Assembly (NCBI GenBank): GCA_963748015.1
Contig: CAVVHE010000004.1
Coordinates: 992,001-1,056,000, forward strand
Length of the DNA stretch: 64,000 bases
Reading direction: 5' to 3'
From: Terriglobia bacterium
GTDB taxonomy: Bacteria > Acidobacteriota > Polarisedimenticolia > Polarisedimenticolales > JAIQFR01
Shown: positions 61,399-64,000 of the stretch, piece by piece
How positions within the stretch are numbered: the first letter of the stretch is position 1
Layout: every line of letters begins with the position of its first letter
Translations under genes and position numbers: made by a program
Notes under the pieces: model-generated
Seen by the model: the letters and a program-made list of their open reading frames with translations, nothing else
Databases searched by the model: none
Told to the model about the DNA's origin: nothing

Positions 61399-64000
61399 TC
61401 AGGGCGTGCTCGGAGCCACGGTGGGAGTCCTCGAAGGCTGCGACCGCCTCAGCTCGTCGCGCCGCACCCGCGCCGCGTCGGCCTCGCCCTTCTCCCCCGC
61501 GGCGTCCGCGGCCCGCGCCAGGACGTCGAAGAGCTCCGCCGAGCCGGAGTAGTACAGCTGCGCCTCGCGCGCCCTCGAGAGCGCCTCGGGCGCCCGTCCC
61601 AACGCCAGGAGCGCCTCGGCACGGGCGAGGACCGTGCCTTCCGACTGCTCGCCGAGCCGGATCGCCTCTTCGATCTCGACCAGAGCCTCCGCCGGCCGTC
61701 CGGTGGCGAGGAGGCGATGGCCCAGGAGCGCGTGCGGCCCCGCCAGGATCGGCTCGAGCTCGATCGCCTTCCGGTAGAGACGCTCCGCCTCGTCCCGCTT
61801 TCCCTGCGTGTCTCGGAGGATCCCGAGGCGGTGGAGCGCCGCCGCGCTCTCCGGGTACAGCTCGACCGCCCGGGAGAGCACCTGTTCCGCCTCGTCGGCC
61901 TTCCCGAGGAAGAGGTCCACGTAGCCGAGGTTCACCAGGGCGTCGAGGTTGTCCGGCTCCTCGCGCGCGGCGAGGGCGTACCGCTCGCGCGCGCCCGCCA
62001 GGTCGTTCTTGTGCTGGAGCGCCAGTCCATCCTTGAGGGCCCAGTCCGCGACGAGGTAGCGGGCATAGCGTTGCCCGGACTCGGCCGACGGGACGACGAC
62101 GCTCATCGCATCCTCGCCTCGCCCCTGCGACCTCAGGATCTGGGCGTCCAGGACCGCCCTGTAGGCCCCCGACAGGGCCAGGAACGACGAGCGATACTCG
62201 CCGTCGAGGCCGAGGCGGGAAGCCCTCTCCTCGGCCGTCGGGCAGAGCCGCATCAGCTCGAGGAGGTTCGGCCCGACGGTGTCCGCGAAGAGCCCTCTCG
62301 GAGCGAAGAACTCGACGCGCGGCCGATCGTCGGTGCTGCGCGGCGCGTCCCTGGGCGAGCCGGCGCAGCTCGGCCTCGTCGGCCTGGTAGAACGAGAGCG
62401 CCTCGACCGGGCCTCGGACCCCGATCCCGCGCCAGGCTCGACCTTGACCTCGGGACGCTCGAAGCGCCGCGTCAACTCGGCGAGGTCCACCGGCGGGAAC
62501 GGCTCCTCCCGGCCGAGCAAGACGAGCGTCAGGCCGGTCGAGAAGGCCCTGACGTGCGGGAACACGTCGGTGAACGACCCGACGATCGTCTTCAGACGTC
62601 CTCGGGGAGGTGCCGCCAGACGGGGACGAACTGGCACATCACCCCGCCCGGGGCGAGCCGCGACCGGTACAGCTCGAAGTAGTCGCGCGAGAAGAGCGCT
62701 CCGGAGCCGCTGAGCGACGGGAAGTTCGGGTGCGCCGAGATCACGTCGAAGCGCTCGCGGGTCAGCTTGAGGAAGTTCCGCCCGTCGTCGAGCTTCACCT
62801 CGAGCTTCGGATTCTCGAGCAGGCGATGGTTCACGTCGGAGAAGAACCGGCTCGCCTCGAAGACTCCCTTCTCGAGCTCGATGCCGTCAGCTTGTCGATG
62901 CTCGTGGAGCGCGATCGCCCCCGCGGTCACGCCCGCCCCGAGCCCGACGACGCACGCCTTCCGCACCGGCCCGGGATGCATCAGCATCGGAAGGTGCCCG
63001 AGCATCCTCTGCTCGAACATGTCCTCGAAGTGGTCGGAGGCGGTGGTGCTCCCGTTGACCGTGATGAATTTCCCCTTCGGACTTCGGAACGAGATGATCG
63101 TGTCGTTGAACCCCTCGGTGAAGGTCATCAGGCGGTAGTCCGCGGCGACGCGCTCCAGGATCACCTCGCCGTCGTCGTCCAGAGTAGGTGCGCGGCTCGA
63201 AGTACGCCCCCGCCCCGAGGATCGTCCGGTTCCACCGGGGCGAGAACAGGAGCACGCCCGCGAGGACCACGACGCCCAGGCCGGCCGGCATCGCCCATCG
63301 CGCCTCACGGGCCCGGGCTCGGCGAGGAGGCTTCCGAACGCGAGGCGCGAGGGCCACCGCCGCCACGAGCTTGAGCGTCCACTCGCTGCCGATCGTGGGG
63401 AGCAGCACGAACCCCGCGCCGAAAGAGCCGAGGATCGAGCCCACCGTGTTCCACGCGTAGACCCGGCCGATCATCGAGCCCGTGCCGCCGCCCCCCGCCG
63501 CGGCGAGCCTCACGACGACCGGGAACGTCGCGCCGAACGCCATCCCGGCCGGTACCAGCGTCAGGAACGACAGCAGCAGCTTGGTCTCGTTCATCCCCGC
63601 GAACGTGATCCCGATCGCCGAGATCACCTTCAGGAACAGCCCCGGCATGGCGTTGACGCCGAGGCCTCCGAGCACGACGAAGAGCGCCACCGCCCCCTGC
63701 ACCAGCGCCAGCAGGCGCACCGGCGGCTCGAACCGGTCCGCGAGACGCCCGATGACGATCGATCCCACGGCGATTCCCAGCAGGAACATCGAGAGCATCG
63801 CGCTGAACGAGTAGACCGTGCTCCCGAACACGAGCACGAGCACGCGGAACCAGACGACCTCGAACGCGAGAGCCGCGAGCCCGCTCCCGAACGCCACCCA
63901 GAGCGGCCACGAGGCGGGCTCGGTCAGCGGCCGGGCCGGGAGCCGCCGGACGGCTCCGCGCGCCGCTCCCGCGGCGCGCCGCCGCTTCCGGCGCGTTCCG
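61399..64000 (-). CDS. Multi-TM-fused spermidine-synthase-like protein with C-terminal TPRs (copy 2; 5' truncated, multiple apparent frameshifts)
   Basis: FEVVWFRVL..FGSTVYSFS, GATFP, VYAWNTVG; GHLP, VVGLGAGVT, DDGRNFL, FDVI, DDRPRVEF; TPRs. Pieces lie in different frames (~63345, 63303, 63185, 62890, 62595, 62440). Confidence 0.75.

Overview
A very GC-rich bacterial chromosomal segment, densely coding; it is probably Acidobacteriota-like, which is inferred from the fused lptF-lptG and gene order and not proven. No rRNA, tRNA, CRISPR array, transposase or prophage was seen. The left half is mostly housekeeping on the minus strand: metK, dnaE, guaA, holA, lptE, nusB, ribH, a PfkB kinase, mtnP, mce-meaB-acyl-CoA dehydrogenase, ltaE, hemW and a full moxR/DUF58/batA-E operon. 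Next come a minimal Dif-like chemosensory triad (MCP-cheW-cheA), trxA, rsmA, rnj and ftsK. The right ~27 kb is a cell-envelope modification region. It holds three TMTC-like (DD, YRP, AERxLYLPS) GT-C/TPR protein O-mannosyltransferase homologues, three other GT-C-like membrane proteins, a polyprenol-phosphate sugar synthase-like GT2 and two membrane-fused spermidine-synthase-like proteins, each next to a GT-C gene. It also holds a duplicated lipoprotein + beta-repeat protein module, one copy split by rnc. Three structured intergenic elements stand out (19244-19321, 45565-45726, ~46890-47060). Several genes beyond ~45 kb carry indels that look like sequencing errors. All product calls come from motif recognition by eye; no database searches were run.
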